A stretch of 64,000 bases of DNA from Macrostomum hystrix (Eukaryota > Animalia > Platyhelminthes): positions 5,642,001-5,706,000 of the forward strand of contig CATNEN010000038.1 of the NCBI GenBank assembly GCA_950097015.1, in the 5' to 3' direction. Position numbers and translations under genes: made by a program. Below, piece by piece: positions 23,389 to 36,900 of the stretch (positions are counted from its first letter, which is position 1; the number at the start of each line of letters is the position of its first letter). The notes beneath the pieces were generated by a model. The model ran no database searches and was not told the DNA's origin. It worked only from the letters and a program-made list of their open reading frames with translations.

Positions 23389-25066
23389 ATGAACACTTTC
23401 ATACAGCATTATTTATTTAAAGTAAATGGTCAGTTAACAATGTGAGTTAAGTGTAATCCCTTTTTATCTGTGTTTTAATGAGTCTCGAATTCGATAACAA
23501 TTAAACTGATCGAAAAACATATTATACATATGAACAGAACATGGAAAAAAATTCAAAATGTTATGCATAAACTTTATGCAACGCAGCTTTTACAACAAAA
23601 AATACTGTAAATTCATTTATAATTTTTAATTCCGGACTTGCAACCACTCTTTCAAGCGTTATAGATAATCTTTTAAAATATACGATGTAAAATAATTTTT
23701 TTCTCTGTGCTTCTTGTAAAGTAAACCAGTTTTTTACACTGTGGATTTTTTATCCACAGTGTAATTTTTTTTAGCTAAATTGCTTAATTGCTAAATTAGT
23801 GCTAAATTGTGTGCAATTGGAAAGGTGCTGGCAAGACCTTGTTTACCAATGACGACAGTAGAGTCAAAGATTTCAACTGTCCTGCTTTTTTCTGTTTTTT
23901 TACAGGACAGTAAAAAGTACAAAATGTTTAAAATATTATATTAGCCGAGCCGAGCTTGGCACGGCTCTTTTAGCGGAGCTAAAAATAAATGCGTGGTGTT
24001 GTCATGGTAATTTGTTATAACTTAAATTGCAAAAATTTAACATCGAATGTCATAGCGAATTTAACGAAAACACGAACTTGCGGTGAGCTAAACAGCTTTT
24101 AAACAACTAAAGCCTTAGAACAAATATAAAGAACGAACTTAAAAAGCGCTTAAAATTCTAAACAAGAGGCAGAAAATTTGTATCCTGTTACATCTCGTTT
24201 ATTTATAATTTTTAATCAAAGCTAGTAAAGGATTACTTCCACTCACTGTAATTACCCTGCCAGACGACTTCATTTCAATTTCGGAATTTCGAAATATTTT
24301 ATGTATGGCCTGTAAAATTAGAAGCAAAAATTTATTGTTTACTATTATCATACAAGCATTTTTGGTACTTTTACAAGTCTACCTGGCACGGATTATTATT
24401 TTTTAATTTAATGTTTTATTTAATTGTCTCCATTAACTGAAATTTTACAAACTGTATATAATTATAGTACAAATGTATCGAAAATGTGACTCTAGCCCAC
24501 AATAAAAATAACTATTACCCTATCAAATTAAGTACTTGCAGACCAGGATGCTTTAATGTCCAAACTAAATCAGATCAAGTATAACTAAGAACCGATAGCT
24601 AGCATGCCACATAGAACACATATAGTGCCAATAAAATATGCATTAAAATAAAATCCTAGAAACAAACTGTAATAGTTTCAAATAGTTTTAAATCTTTTCT
24701 GTAGTGATGTATATTGTTTTAATATATTTATATTAATCAAAATCAAAACAGTTATATTGATTTAAGAACACATTGATATAAATAGCTGCCTTTATTTACT
24801 GCGGAGCTTTTAATTGATAACTATATTTAATTCATGGCCTTTAAAAATTGATTAATAGATGTAGGCCTTGTTAGAGCTTTTTTAATAAGATTTAATTAAA
24901 AATTCTATGAGCACATATAAAGTACGTTATTGATCTTATCGTGCTATAGATATTTGAGTAGAAGCTTTTCTGAGCTCTATATAGACTTTTAACGCGTCGT
25001 TTTTACTAAAATTTTCAGCCCAGCCAAGAGCAGCAGCAGCAGCAACAACAGCAGCGTACTGTCGGC

Positions 25067-27434
25067 ATGTCTTCAGTGGCCGCGGACTCTGATGAATTCG
25101 GCATGCGCGACGATCAGCGCGCCGCCATGGCCGAGCTCGAGCGGCTGCAGAGCACAAAACCTGAGGACTGGAACGGTGAGCTCAGACAATATAGTTCATT
25201 TTAACAAAAAATTATCACTTGTCTCTGTCTGCTAAATCTGTTTCTATTTCTTGTTTTCAGAAGAAAAGGATGCAGAGTTCTTGCACCTACTCATGGGTGA
25301 GTAAAATAGGAAATTTTCAAATTGAATCACAATCCGATGTGCCGTTTCTAACAAAACCTCGGGCATTGACCCTCCTAAAACAGAGTTAACAGCTCATTGA
25401 CCCCTCGAACAGAGTTAACAGCTCATTGACCCCCTCGAACAGAGTTAACAGCTCACTGACCCCCTCGAACAGAGTTAACAGCTCACTGACCCCCTCAAAC
25501 AGAGTTAACAGCTCATTGACCTCCTCAAACAGAGCCGCCACCAGACTACGAGGAGACGCGCGCCCGCATCGACGAGCTGAACGCTCGCCTGGAGAGCGAG
25601 CCGCTGCCTGCCGAGGTCGCCGAGCGTCGGCCGACTCGGATCAGGTTCAGCGAGAACCTGGTCAGCGTCGCTCCCGAGCCGGACCCTCAGGAGGGACAAC
25701 CCGAGGATGAAACTGACGAGGATGAAGATGAGGAAGAGGAGGAAGACGATGAAGAGGAACATGTCGCCATTAGCACTGCTGATGCTGCACACCGTTTAGG
25801 CGACATGCCCCAGCCGGCAGCCAATCAGCAGGAGCAACAGGATGTGGCCTCGCCGCCGAGGTCTGATCCTAGCTTACAATCGCAGCAACAACGGCAGCAA
25901 CAGCAGCAGCAACAACAGAAGGATGAAAAAGAGGCCCCTCAAAAGGTTGTGGTAGTGAATGGCGGAAGAATACGTTTAGTGGACAGCGCAGATGTTGAAG
26001 CGGAAGCAACACCATCGCCGAGGTCGATAAATCGACGGCCAAAGTCAGCGGCTGTTCAACAGTCTCATCGACAACAGCAGCACCACCACCAGTCATCTCC
26101 GTCCCGTAGGCAGAATCGACGTCAAATACCAGTTAGACCCACCAGCGCCCCACAGCCTGCCTCTCACATCAGCCAGCAGAAAGAGCAGCAGAGACAGCGC
26201 CGCGAGCAGCAGGAGCTGCTGTATTTGCAGCAGCAGCAGCCGCAGCAGCAGCACAGCCGGGAGGAGAACGAAGCCGCCTTCCAGGCATGGCTCGCTCGGA
26301 AGTCCCGAGAACGCGGCGACAGCGCTAGGAAGCCAAATTCTTCAAGCAGCGGCAGCGGCGCATCGAAGTCCGAGGACAACGAGACCGCCTTCCAGGCCTG
26401 GCTAAACCGCAAGCGGCAGCAGTCAGAGGCCGAGCAGCGCCAGGCGGAGGCGGCTCGCCGGGCCGAGGCCGACCGACGTCGCGATGCCGCCGCCGAGCGA
26501 GACGGTGTCAGCTTCGAGCGCTGGCTGGAGGCGAAGAGGGCGCAGCTTCGTCGGGAGGCCGAGATCCAGCACCGGAGACGCCTGTCGGAGGAGGGGACGC
26601 CGCCAGAAGCCATTCACTCGCCTGATGACTGTCGAAAGGCGTTCAGGAGGTGAGTTTGAGTTATTTTGCATCCACTCCGGATTGAATTCGAATCAGAGAA
26701 GCGGCAAAGTAAATGTGTGGGGCATGCGCAAAGATACGTGGCGAGTGCCCGGTTCTGTCTACTTGAACTTTGAACCTGACTATATCAAGGGGTCGAGGTG
26801 CGGAGGAGAAATACGTTTGGCTCTCGCACCAAGGTACCCGAGCTCGAATCCACGGCGAGACCACATGGATTTTCGGGCTTGTCGTTCAATTTACGCACAC
26901 GAGGGCCAATCTCCCCCCAAGGCACAGGGAGAGTGTACAGTGCATGACGATAAAAAAGTCAGACCACATGTACACACTTGTGTGAGCGTATGCCTGCGTA
27001 CAGTATCTGTGTGCGTGTGTGCTCAGGAGTCAGCGAAATGGGCAGAATTGCCTCCTCGCTGGCTGCGGGTCTAGTGTCACCAAGTGATGTGCCATTACCC
27101 GCAGCCCTCCTGAAATAAATATTTTTGACTATCGGATATAATTTTTTTAATAATATCTGATTGGTTTATCGAGAAGTCTAAGTGTTTTCTATCCCGAGAC
27201 GCTCTCTGATTGGCTGCTACCACACGTTTAAAGCCATTCCCATTTGACCGCCGAACCAACTTCAGCTGGCTAAAAAAGAAAGAAGAGCAGCGACGTCAGG
27301 AGGAGAAACAAGAGCGCCAGCGAGCCCGCATCACCCGGCTGGCGCTGCGCCGATCGCGCAAGTCGCAGGCCCTGGCCAGCGCCCTCATGGCAGCCAACTC
27401 ATACCGCTACATGGACTACTATGGCTACCGGTAG
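25067..27434 (+). CDS. CCDC181: Coiled-coil domain-containing protein 181-like (microtubule/cilia-associated), about 476 aa; exons 25067-25175, 25261-25296, 25533-26649, 27266-27434
   Basis: Exons total 1431 nt in frame. RIRFSENLV, KVVVVNGGRIRLV, repeated EN..AFQAWL..K and the C-terminal RLALRRSRK...YRYMDYY parallel my recollection of vertebrate CCDC181 (KLKFKDQLV, ILVERDGKFELL, ENDIVFKAWL, FRFTDHY). Confidence 0.8.
25364..25534 (+). repeat. Six tandem ~30-bp units that include the intron branch point and 3' splice site
   Basis: Unit CAYTGACCCCCTCGAACAGAGTTAACAGCT; the last copy supplies the in-frame acceptor at 25531-25532. Confidence 0.9.
26788..27121 (+). mobile_element. tRNA-headed SINE family B, copy in CCDC181 intron 3
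   Basis: Reverse-complement homology to 7141-7487 and 44945-45392; B-box-like GCTCGAATCC. Confidence 0.75.
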
Positions 27435-27527
27435 ACTGCGATGAGCTGGGCTTTATTGCGGGCGGGAGTTCAACTAATCAGATTAGCTTGGATCAACGAT
27501 ACCTTGATCGACTGGGAGGTTTTAGGA

Positions 27528-27712
27528 GCTGGTCATTGAATGACTGGGAGAGTTGGTCATTGAATGACTGGGAGAGTTGGTCATTGAATGACTGGGAGAG
27601 TTGGTCATTGAATGACTGGGAGAGTTGGTCATTGAATGACTGAGACAGTTGGTCATTGAATGACTGAGACAGTTGGTCATTGAATGACTGGGAGAGTTGG
27701 TCATTGAATGGC
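27528..27712. repeat. 24-bp minisatellite (GTTGGTCATTGAATGACTGGGAGA) x about 8 with an internal palindrome
   Basis: Direct reading; GTCATT-G-AATGAC dyad in each unit. Confidence 0.93.
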
Positions 27713-27974
27713 TAAATGGTTTGTGGTTGCACTAAATATTTCTGACCCAATTTTGCTCGTTGACAGCATTGAATGTTGGACTCTCGCGAAAAGTCAAAGC
27801 TCACTTACATAAAGTTATTTTTTGTTTCGTTGTTTATTTTAACATTTATCGGAATAAATATCTATTTTTATATATCCTTTGTACTCTGTACATTTTTACA
27901 CTTGTTTTCTATCTGGCAATCAGTGTTTAGTCCTCAATGATATATATTCGTGCATGCTTGTTTACATTCTAAAG

Positions 27975-30900
27975 TAGCAACAGGAATACACAGTTTAGCA
28001 ACAGGAATACACAGTTTAGCAGCAGGAATGAACAGTTTAGCAACAGGAATACACAGTTTAGCAACAGGAATACACAGTTTAGCAACAGGAATACACAGTT
28101 TAGCAACAGGAATACACAGTTTAGCAACAGGAATACACAGTTTAGCAACAGGAATACACAGTTTAGCAACAGGAATACACAGTTTAGCAACAGGAATACA
28201 CAGTTTAGCAACAGGAATGCACAGTTTAGCAACAGGAATGCACAGTTTAGCAACAGGAATACACAGTTTAGCAACAGAAATACACAGTTTAGCAACAGAA
28301 ATACACAGTTTAGCAACAGGACAACACAGTTTAGCAGCAGGAATGAACAGTTTAGCAACAGGAATGCACAGTTTAGCAACAGGAATACACAGTTTAGCAA
28401 CAGGAATACACAGTTTAGCAACAGGAATACACAGTTTAGCAACAGGAATACACAGTTTAGCAACAGGAATGCACAGTTTAGCAACAGGAATACACAGTTT
28501 AGCAACAGGAAAACACAGTTTAGCAACAGGAATACACAGTTTAGCAACAGGAATACACAGTTTAGCAACAGAAATACACAGTTTAGCAACAGGAATACAC
28601 AGTTTAGCAACAGGAATACACAGTTTAGCAACAGGAATACACAGTTTAGCAACAGGAATACACAGTTTAGCAACAGGAATACACAGTTTAGCAACAGAAA
28701 TACACAGTTTAGCAACAGGAAAACACAGTTTAGCAACAGGAATGCACAGTTTAGCAACAGAAATACACAGTTTAGCAACAGGAATACACAGTTTAGCAAC
28801 AGGAATACACAGTTTAGCAACAGGAATACACAGTTTAGCAACAGAAATACACAGTTTAGCAACAGGAATGAACAGTTTAGCAACAGGAATGCACAGTTTA
28901 GCAACAGGAATACACAGTTTAGCAACAGAAATACACGGTTTAGCAACAGGAATACAAGGTTTAGCAACAGGAATACACAGTTTAGCAACAGGAATACACA
29001 GTTTAGCAACAGGAATACACAGTTTAGCAACAGGAATACACAGTTTAGCAACAGAAATACACAGTTTAGCAACAGAAATACACAGTTTAGCAACAGGAAT
29101 ACACAGTTTAGCAACAGGAATGCACAGTTTAGCAACAGAAATACACAGTTTAGCAACAGAAATACACAGTTTAGCAACAGGAATACACAGTTTAGCAACA
29201 GAAATACACTGTTTAGCAACAGGAATACACAGTTTAGCTACAGAAATACACAGTTTAGCAACAGAAATACACAGTTTAGCAACAGGAATACACAGTTTAG
29301 CAACAGGAATGCACAGTTTAGCAACAGAAATACACAGTTTAGCAACAGGAATACACAGTTTAGCAACAGGAATACACAGTTTAGCAACAGGAATACACGG
29401 TTTAGCAACAGGAATACACAGTTTAGCAACAGGAATACACAGTTTAGCAACAGGAATACACAGTTTAGCAACAGGAATACACAGTTTAGCAACAGGAATG
29501 CACAGTTTAGCAACAGAAATACACAGTTTAGCAACAGGAATACACAGTTTAGCAACAGAAATACACTGTTTAGCAACAGGAATACACAGTTTAGCTACAG
29601 AAATACACAGTTTAGCAACAGAAATACACAGTTTAGCAACAGGAATACACAGTTTAGCAACAGGAATGCACAGTTTAGCAACAGAAATACACAGTTTAGC
29701 AACAGAAATACACAGTTTAGCAACAGAAATACACAGTTTAGCAACAGAAATACACAGTTTAGCAACAGAAATACACAGTTTAGCAACAGAAATACACAGT
29801 TTAGCAACAGAAATACACAGTTTAGCAACAGGAATGCACAGTTTAGCAACAGAAATACACAGTTTAGCAACAGGAATACACAGTTTAGCAACAGGAATAC
29901 ACAGTTTAGCAACAGGAATACACAGTTTAGCAACAGGAATACACAGTTTAGCAACAGGAATGCACAGTTTAGCAACAGAAATACACAGTTTAGCAACAGG
30001 AATACATAGTTTAGCAACAGGAATACACAGTTTAGCAACAGAAATACACAGTTTAGCAACAGAAATACACAGTTTAGCAACAGAAATACACAGTTTAGCA
30101 ACAGGAATACACAGTTTAGCAACAGAAATACACAGTTTAGCAACAGGAATACACAGTTTAGCAACAGAAATACACAGTTTAGCAACAGGAATGAACAGTT
30201 TAGCAACAGGAATGCACAGTTTAGCAACAGGAATACACAGTTTAGCAACAGAAATACACGGTTTAGCAACAGGAATACAAGGTTTAGCAACAGGAATACA
30301 CAGTTTAGCAACAGGAATACACAGTTTAGCAACAGAAATACACAGTTTAGCAACAGAAATACACAGTTTAGCAACAGGACAACACAGTTTAGCAGCAGGA
30401 ATGAACAGTTTAGCAACAGGAATGCACAGTTTAGCAACAGGAATGCACAGTTTAGCAACAGGAATACACAGTTTAGCAACAGGAATACACGGTTTAGCAA
30501 CAGGAATACACAGTTTAGCAACAGGAATACACAGTTTAGCAACAGAAATACACAGTTTAGCAACAGGAATACACAGTTTAGCAACAGAAATACACAGTTT
30601 AGCAACAGAAATACACAGTTTAGCAACAGAAATACACAGTTTAGCAACAGAAATACACAGTTTAGCAACAGAAATACACAGTTTAGCAACAGGACAACAC
30701 AGTTTAGCAGCAGGAATGAACAGTTTAGCAACAGGAATGCACAGTTTAGCAACAGGAATACACAGTTTAGCAACAGGAATGAACAGTTTAGCAACAGGAA
30801 TGCACAGTTTAGCAACAGGAATACACAGTTTAGCAACAGGAATGCACAGTTTAGCAACAGAAATACACAGTTTAGCAACAGAAATACACAGTTTAGCAAC

Positions 30901-33900
30901 AGGAATACACAGTTTAGCAACAGAAATACACAGTTTAGCAACAGAAATACACAGTTTAGCAACAGGAATACACAGTTTAGCAACAGGAATGCACAGTTTA
31001 GCAACAGAAATACACAGTTTAGCAACAGAAATACACAGTTTAGCAACAGGAATACACAGTTTAGCAACAGAAATACACTGTTTAGCAACAGGAATACACA
31101 GTTTAGCTACAGAAATACACAGTTTAGCAACAGGAATGAACAGTTTAGCAACAGGAATGCACAGTTTAGCAACAGGAATACACAGTTTAGCAACAGAAAT
31201 ACACAGTTTAGCAACAGGAATGCACAGTTTAGCAACAGAAATACACAGTTTAGCAACAGAAATACACAGTTTAGCAACAGGAATACACAGTTTAGCAACA
31301 GAAATACACAGTTTAGCAACAGAAATACACAGTTTAGCAACAGGAATACACAGTTTAGCAACAGGAATGCACAGTTTAGCAACAGAAATACACAGTTTAG
31401 CAACAGAAATACACAGTTTAGCAACAGGAATACACAGTTTAGCAAAAGAAATACACTGTTTAGCAACAGGAATACACAGTTTAGCTACAGAAATACACAG
31501 TTTAGCAACAGAAATACACAGTTTAGCAACAGGAATACACAGTTTAGCAACAGGAATGCACAGTTTAGCAACAGAAATACACAGTTTAGCAACAGGAATA
31601 CACAGTTTAGCAACAGAAATACACGGTTTAGCAACAGGAATACAAGGTTTAGCAACAGGAATACACAGTTTAGCAACAGGAATACACAGTTTAGCAACAG
31701 AAATACACAGTTTAGCAACAGGAATGCACAGTTTAGCAACAGGAATACACAGTTTAGCTACAGAAATACACAGTTTAGCAACAGAAATACACAGTTTAGC
31801 AACAGAAATACACAGTTTAGCAACAGGAATGCACAGTTTAGCAACAGAAATACACAGTTTAGCAACAGGAATACACAGTTTAGCAACAGGAATACACAGT
31901 TTAGCAACAGGAATACACAGTTTAGCAACAGAAATACACAGTTTAGCAACAGAAATACACAGTTTAGCAACAGGAATACACAGTTTAGCAACAGGAATGC
32001 ACAGTTTAGCAACAGGAATACACAGTTTAGCAACAGAAATACACAGTTTAGCAACAGAAATACACAGTTTAGCAACAGGAATACACAGTTTAGCAACAGA
32101 AATACACTGTTTAGCAACAGGAATACACAGTTTAGCAACAGGAATACACAGTTTAGCTACAGAAATACACAGTTTAGCAACAGGAATGAACAGTTTAGCA
32201 ACAGGAATGCACAGTTTAGCAACAGGAATACACAGTTTAGCAACAGAAATACACAGTTTAGCAACAGAAATACACAGTTTAGCAACAGAAATACACAGTT
32301 TAGCAACAGGAATACACAGTTTAGCAACAGGAATACACAGTTTAGCAACAGAAATACACAGTTTAGCAACAGAAATACACAGTTTAGCAACAGGACAACA
32401 CAGTTTAGCAGCAGGAATGAACAGTTTAGCAACAGGAATGAACAGTTTAGCAACAGGAATGCACAGTTTAGCAACAGGAATACACAGTTTAGCAACAGGA
32501 ATGCACAGTTTAGCAACATAAATACACAGTTTAGCAACAGAAATACACAGTTTTGCAACAGGAATACACAGTTTAGCAACAGAAATACACAGTTTAGCAA
32601 CAGAAATACACAGTTTAGCAACAGGAATACACAGTTTAGCAACAGGAATACACAGTTTAGCAACAGAAATACACAGTTTAGCAACAGGAATACACAGTTT
32701 AGCAACAGAAATACACAGTTTAGCAACAGGAATACACAGTTTAGCAACAGAAATACACAGTTTAGCAACAGGAATACACAGTTTAGCAACAGAAATACAC
32801 AGTTTAGCAACAGGAATACACAGTTTAGCAACAGGAATACACAGTTTAGCAACAGAAATACACAGTTTAGCAACAGGAATACACAGTTTAGCAACAGGAA
32901 TACACAGTTTAGCAACAGGAATACACAGTTTAGCAACAGGAATGCACAGTTTAGCAACAGAAATACACAGTTTAGCAACAGAAATACACAGTTTAGCAAC
33001 AGGAATACACAGTTTAGCAACAGAAATACACTGTTTAGCAACAGGAATACACAGTTTAGCTACAGAAATACACAGTTTAGCAACAGGAATGAACAGTTTA
33101 GCAACAGGAATGCACAGTTTAGCAACAGGAATACACAGTTTAGCAACAGAAATACACAGTTTAGCAACAGGAATGCACAGTTTAGCAACAGAAATACACA
33201 GTTTAGCAACAGAAATACACAGTTTAGCAACAGGAATACACAGTTTAGCAACAGAAATACACAGTTTAGCAACAGAAATACACAGTTTAGCAACAGGAAT
33301 ACACAGTTTAGCAACAGGAATGCACAGTTTAGCAACAGAAATACACAGTTTAGCAACAGAAATACACAGTTTAGCAACAGGAATACACAGTTTAGCAACA
33401 GAAATACACTGTTTAGCAACAGGAATACACAGTTTAGCTACAGAAATACACAGTTTAGCAACAGAAATACACAGTTTAGCAACAGGAATACACAGTTTAG
33501 CAACAGGAATGCACAGTTTAGCAACAGAAATACAGAGTTTAGCAACAGGAATACACAGTTTAGCAACAGGAATACACAGTTTAGCAACAGGAATACACAG
33601 TTTAGCAACAGGAATACACAGTTTAGCAACAGGAATACACAGTTTAGCAACAGGAATACACAGTTTAGCAACAGGAATACACAGTTTAGCAACAGGAATG
33701 CACAGTTTAGCAACAGAAATACACAGTTTAGCAACAGGAATACACAGTTTAGCAACAGAAATACACTGTTTAGCAACAGGAATACACAGTTTAGCTACAG
33801 AAATACACAGTTTAGCAACAGAAATACACAGTTTAGCAACAGGAATACACAGTTTAGCAACAGGAATGCACAGTTTAGCAACAGAAATACACAGTTTAGC

Positions 33901-36900
33901 AACAGGAATACACAGTTTAGCAACAGAAATACAGAGTTTAGCAACAGGAATACACAGTTTAGCAACAGGAATACACAGTTTAGCAACAGGAATACACAGT
34001 TTAGCAACAGGAATACACAGTTTAGCAACAGGAATACACAGTTTAGCAACAGGAATGCACAGTTTAGCAACAGAAATACACAGTTTAGCAACAGGAATAC
34101 ACAGTTTAGCAACAGAAATACACAGTTTAGCAACAGAAATACACAGTTTAGCAACAGGAATACACAGTTTAGCAACAGGAATACACAGTTTAGCAACAGG
34201 AATGCACAGTTTAGCAACAGGAATACACAGTTTAGCAACAGGAATGCACAGTTTAGCAACAGGAATGCACAGTTTAGCAACAGGAATACACAGTTTAGCA
34301 ACAGGAATGCACAGTTTAGCAACAGGAATGCACAGTTTAGCAACAGGAATACACAGTTTAGCAACAGGAATACACAGTTTAGCAACAGAAATACACAGTT
34401 TAGCAACAGGAATACACAGTTTAGCAACAGAAATACACAGTTTAGCAACAGGAATACACAGTTTAGCAACAGAAATACACAGTTTAGCAACAGGAATACA
34501 CAGTTTAGCAACAGAAATACACAGTTTAGCAACAGGAATACACAGTTTAGCAACAGGAATACACAGTTTAGCAACAGAAATACACAGTTTAGCAACAGGA
34601 ATACACAGTTTAGCAACAGGAATACACAGTTTAGCAACAGGAATACACAGTTTAGCAACAGGAATGCACAGTTTAGCAACAGAAATACACAGTTTAGCAA
34701 CAGAAATACACAGTTTAGCAACAGGAATACACAGTTTAGCAACAGTAATACACAGTTTAGCAACAGGAATACACAGTTTAGCAACAGGAATACACAGTTT
34801 AGCAACAGGAATACATAGTTTAGCAACAGGAATACACAGTTTAGCAACAGGAATGCACAGTTTAGCAACAGAAATACACAGTTTAGCAACAGGAATACAC
34901 AGTTTAGCAACAGAAATACACTGTTTAGCAACAGGAATACACAGTTTAGCTACAGAAATACACAGTTTAGCAACAGAAATACACAGTTTAGCAACAGGAA
35001 TACACAGTTTAGCAACAGGAATACACGGTTTAGCAACAGAAATACACAGTTTAGCAACAGGAATACACAGTTTAGCAACAGGAATGCACAGTTTAGCAAC
35101 AGAAATACAGAGTTTAGCAACAGGAATACACAGTTTAGCAACAGGAATGCACAGTTTAGCAACAGGAATACACGGTTTAGCAACAGAAATACACTGTTTA
35201 GCAACAGGAATACACAGTTTAGCTACAGAAATACACAGTTTAGCAACAGAAATACACAGTTTAGCAACAGGAATACACAGTTTAGCAACAGGAATGCACA
35301 GTTTAGCAACAGAAATACAGAGTTTAGCAACAGGAATACACAGTTTAGCAACAGGAATGCACAGTTTAGCAACAGAAATACACAGTTTAGCAACAGAAAT
35401 ACACAGTTTAGCAACAGAAATACACAGTTTAGCAACAGGAATACACAGTTTAGCAACAGGAATACACAGTTTAGCAACAGGAATACACAGTTTAGCAACA
35501 GGAATACACAGTTTAACAACAGGAATACACAGTTTAGCAACAGGAATGCACAGTTTAGCAACAGAAATACACAGTTTAGCAACAGGAATACACAGTTTAG
35601 CAACAGAAATACACTGTTTAGCAACAGGAATACACAGTTTAGCTACAGAAATACACAGTTTAGCAACAGAAATACACAGTTTAGCAACAGGAATACACAG
35701 TTTAGCAACAGGAATGCACAGTTTAGCAACAGAAATACACAGTTTAGCAACAGGAATACACAGTTTAGCAACAGAAATACACAGTTTAGCAACAGGAATA
35801 CACAGTTTAGCAACAGGAATACACAGTTTAGCAACAGGAATACACAGTTTAGCAACAGGAATACACAGTTTAGCAACAGGAATACACAGTTTAGCAACAG
35901 GAATGCACAGTTTAGCAACAGAAATACACAGTTTAGCAACAGGAATACACAGTTTAGCAACAGGAATACACAGTTTAGCAACAGAAATACACAGTTTAGC
36001 AACAGAAATACACAGTTTAGCAACAGAAATACACAGTTTAGCAACAGGAATACACAGTTTAGCAACAGAAATACACAGTTTAGCAACAGGAATACACAGT
36101 TTAGCAACAGAAATACACAGTTTAGCAACAGGAATGAACAGTTTAGCAACAGGAATGCACAGTTTAGCAACAGGAATACACAGTTTAGCAACAGAAATAC
36201 ACGGTTTAGCAACAGGAATACAAGGTTTAGCAACAGGAATACACAGTTTAGCAACAGGAATACACAGTTTAGCAACAGAAATACACAGTTTAGCAACAGA
36301 AATACACAGTTTAGCAACAGGACAACACAGTTTAGCAGCAGGAATGAACAGTTTAGCAACAGGAATGCACAGTTTAGCAACAGGAATGCACAGTTTAGCA
36401 ACAGGAATACACAGTTTAGCAACAGGAATACACGGTTTAGCAACAGGAATACACAGTTTAGCAACAGGAATACACAGTTTAGCAACAGAAATACACAGTT
36501 TAGCAACAGGAATACACAGTTTAGCAACAGGAATGCACAGTTTAGCAACAGAAATACACAGTTTAGCAACAGAAATACACAGTTTAGCAACAGGAATACA
36601 CAGTTTAGCAACAGAAATACACTGTTTAGCAACAGGAATACACAGTTTAGCTACAGAAATACACAGTTTAGCAACAGAAATACACAGTTTAGCAACAGGA
36701 ATACACAGTTTAGCAACAGGAATGCACAGTTTAGCAACAGAAATACACAGTTTAGCAACAGGAATACACAGTTTAGCAACAGGAATACACAGTTCAGCAA
36801 CAGGAATACACAGTTTAGCAACAGGAATACACAGTTTAGCAACAGGAATACACAGTTTAGCAACAGGAATACACAGTTTAGCAACAGGAATACACAGTTT

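Noticed and set aside
26620-26640. Hammerhead ribozyme core (CTGATGA...GAAA)
   Set aside because: No stem II or flanking helices, and it lies in coding sequence; other CTGATGA hits also lack the fold.
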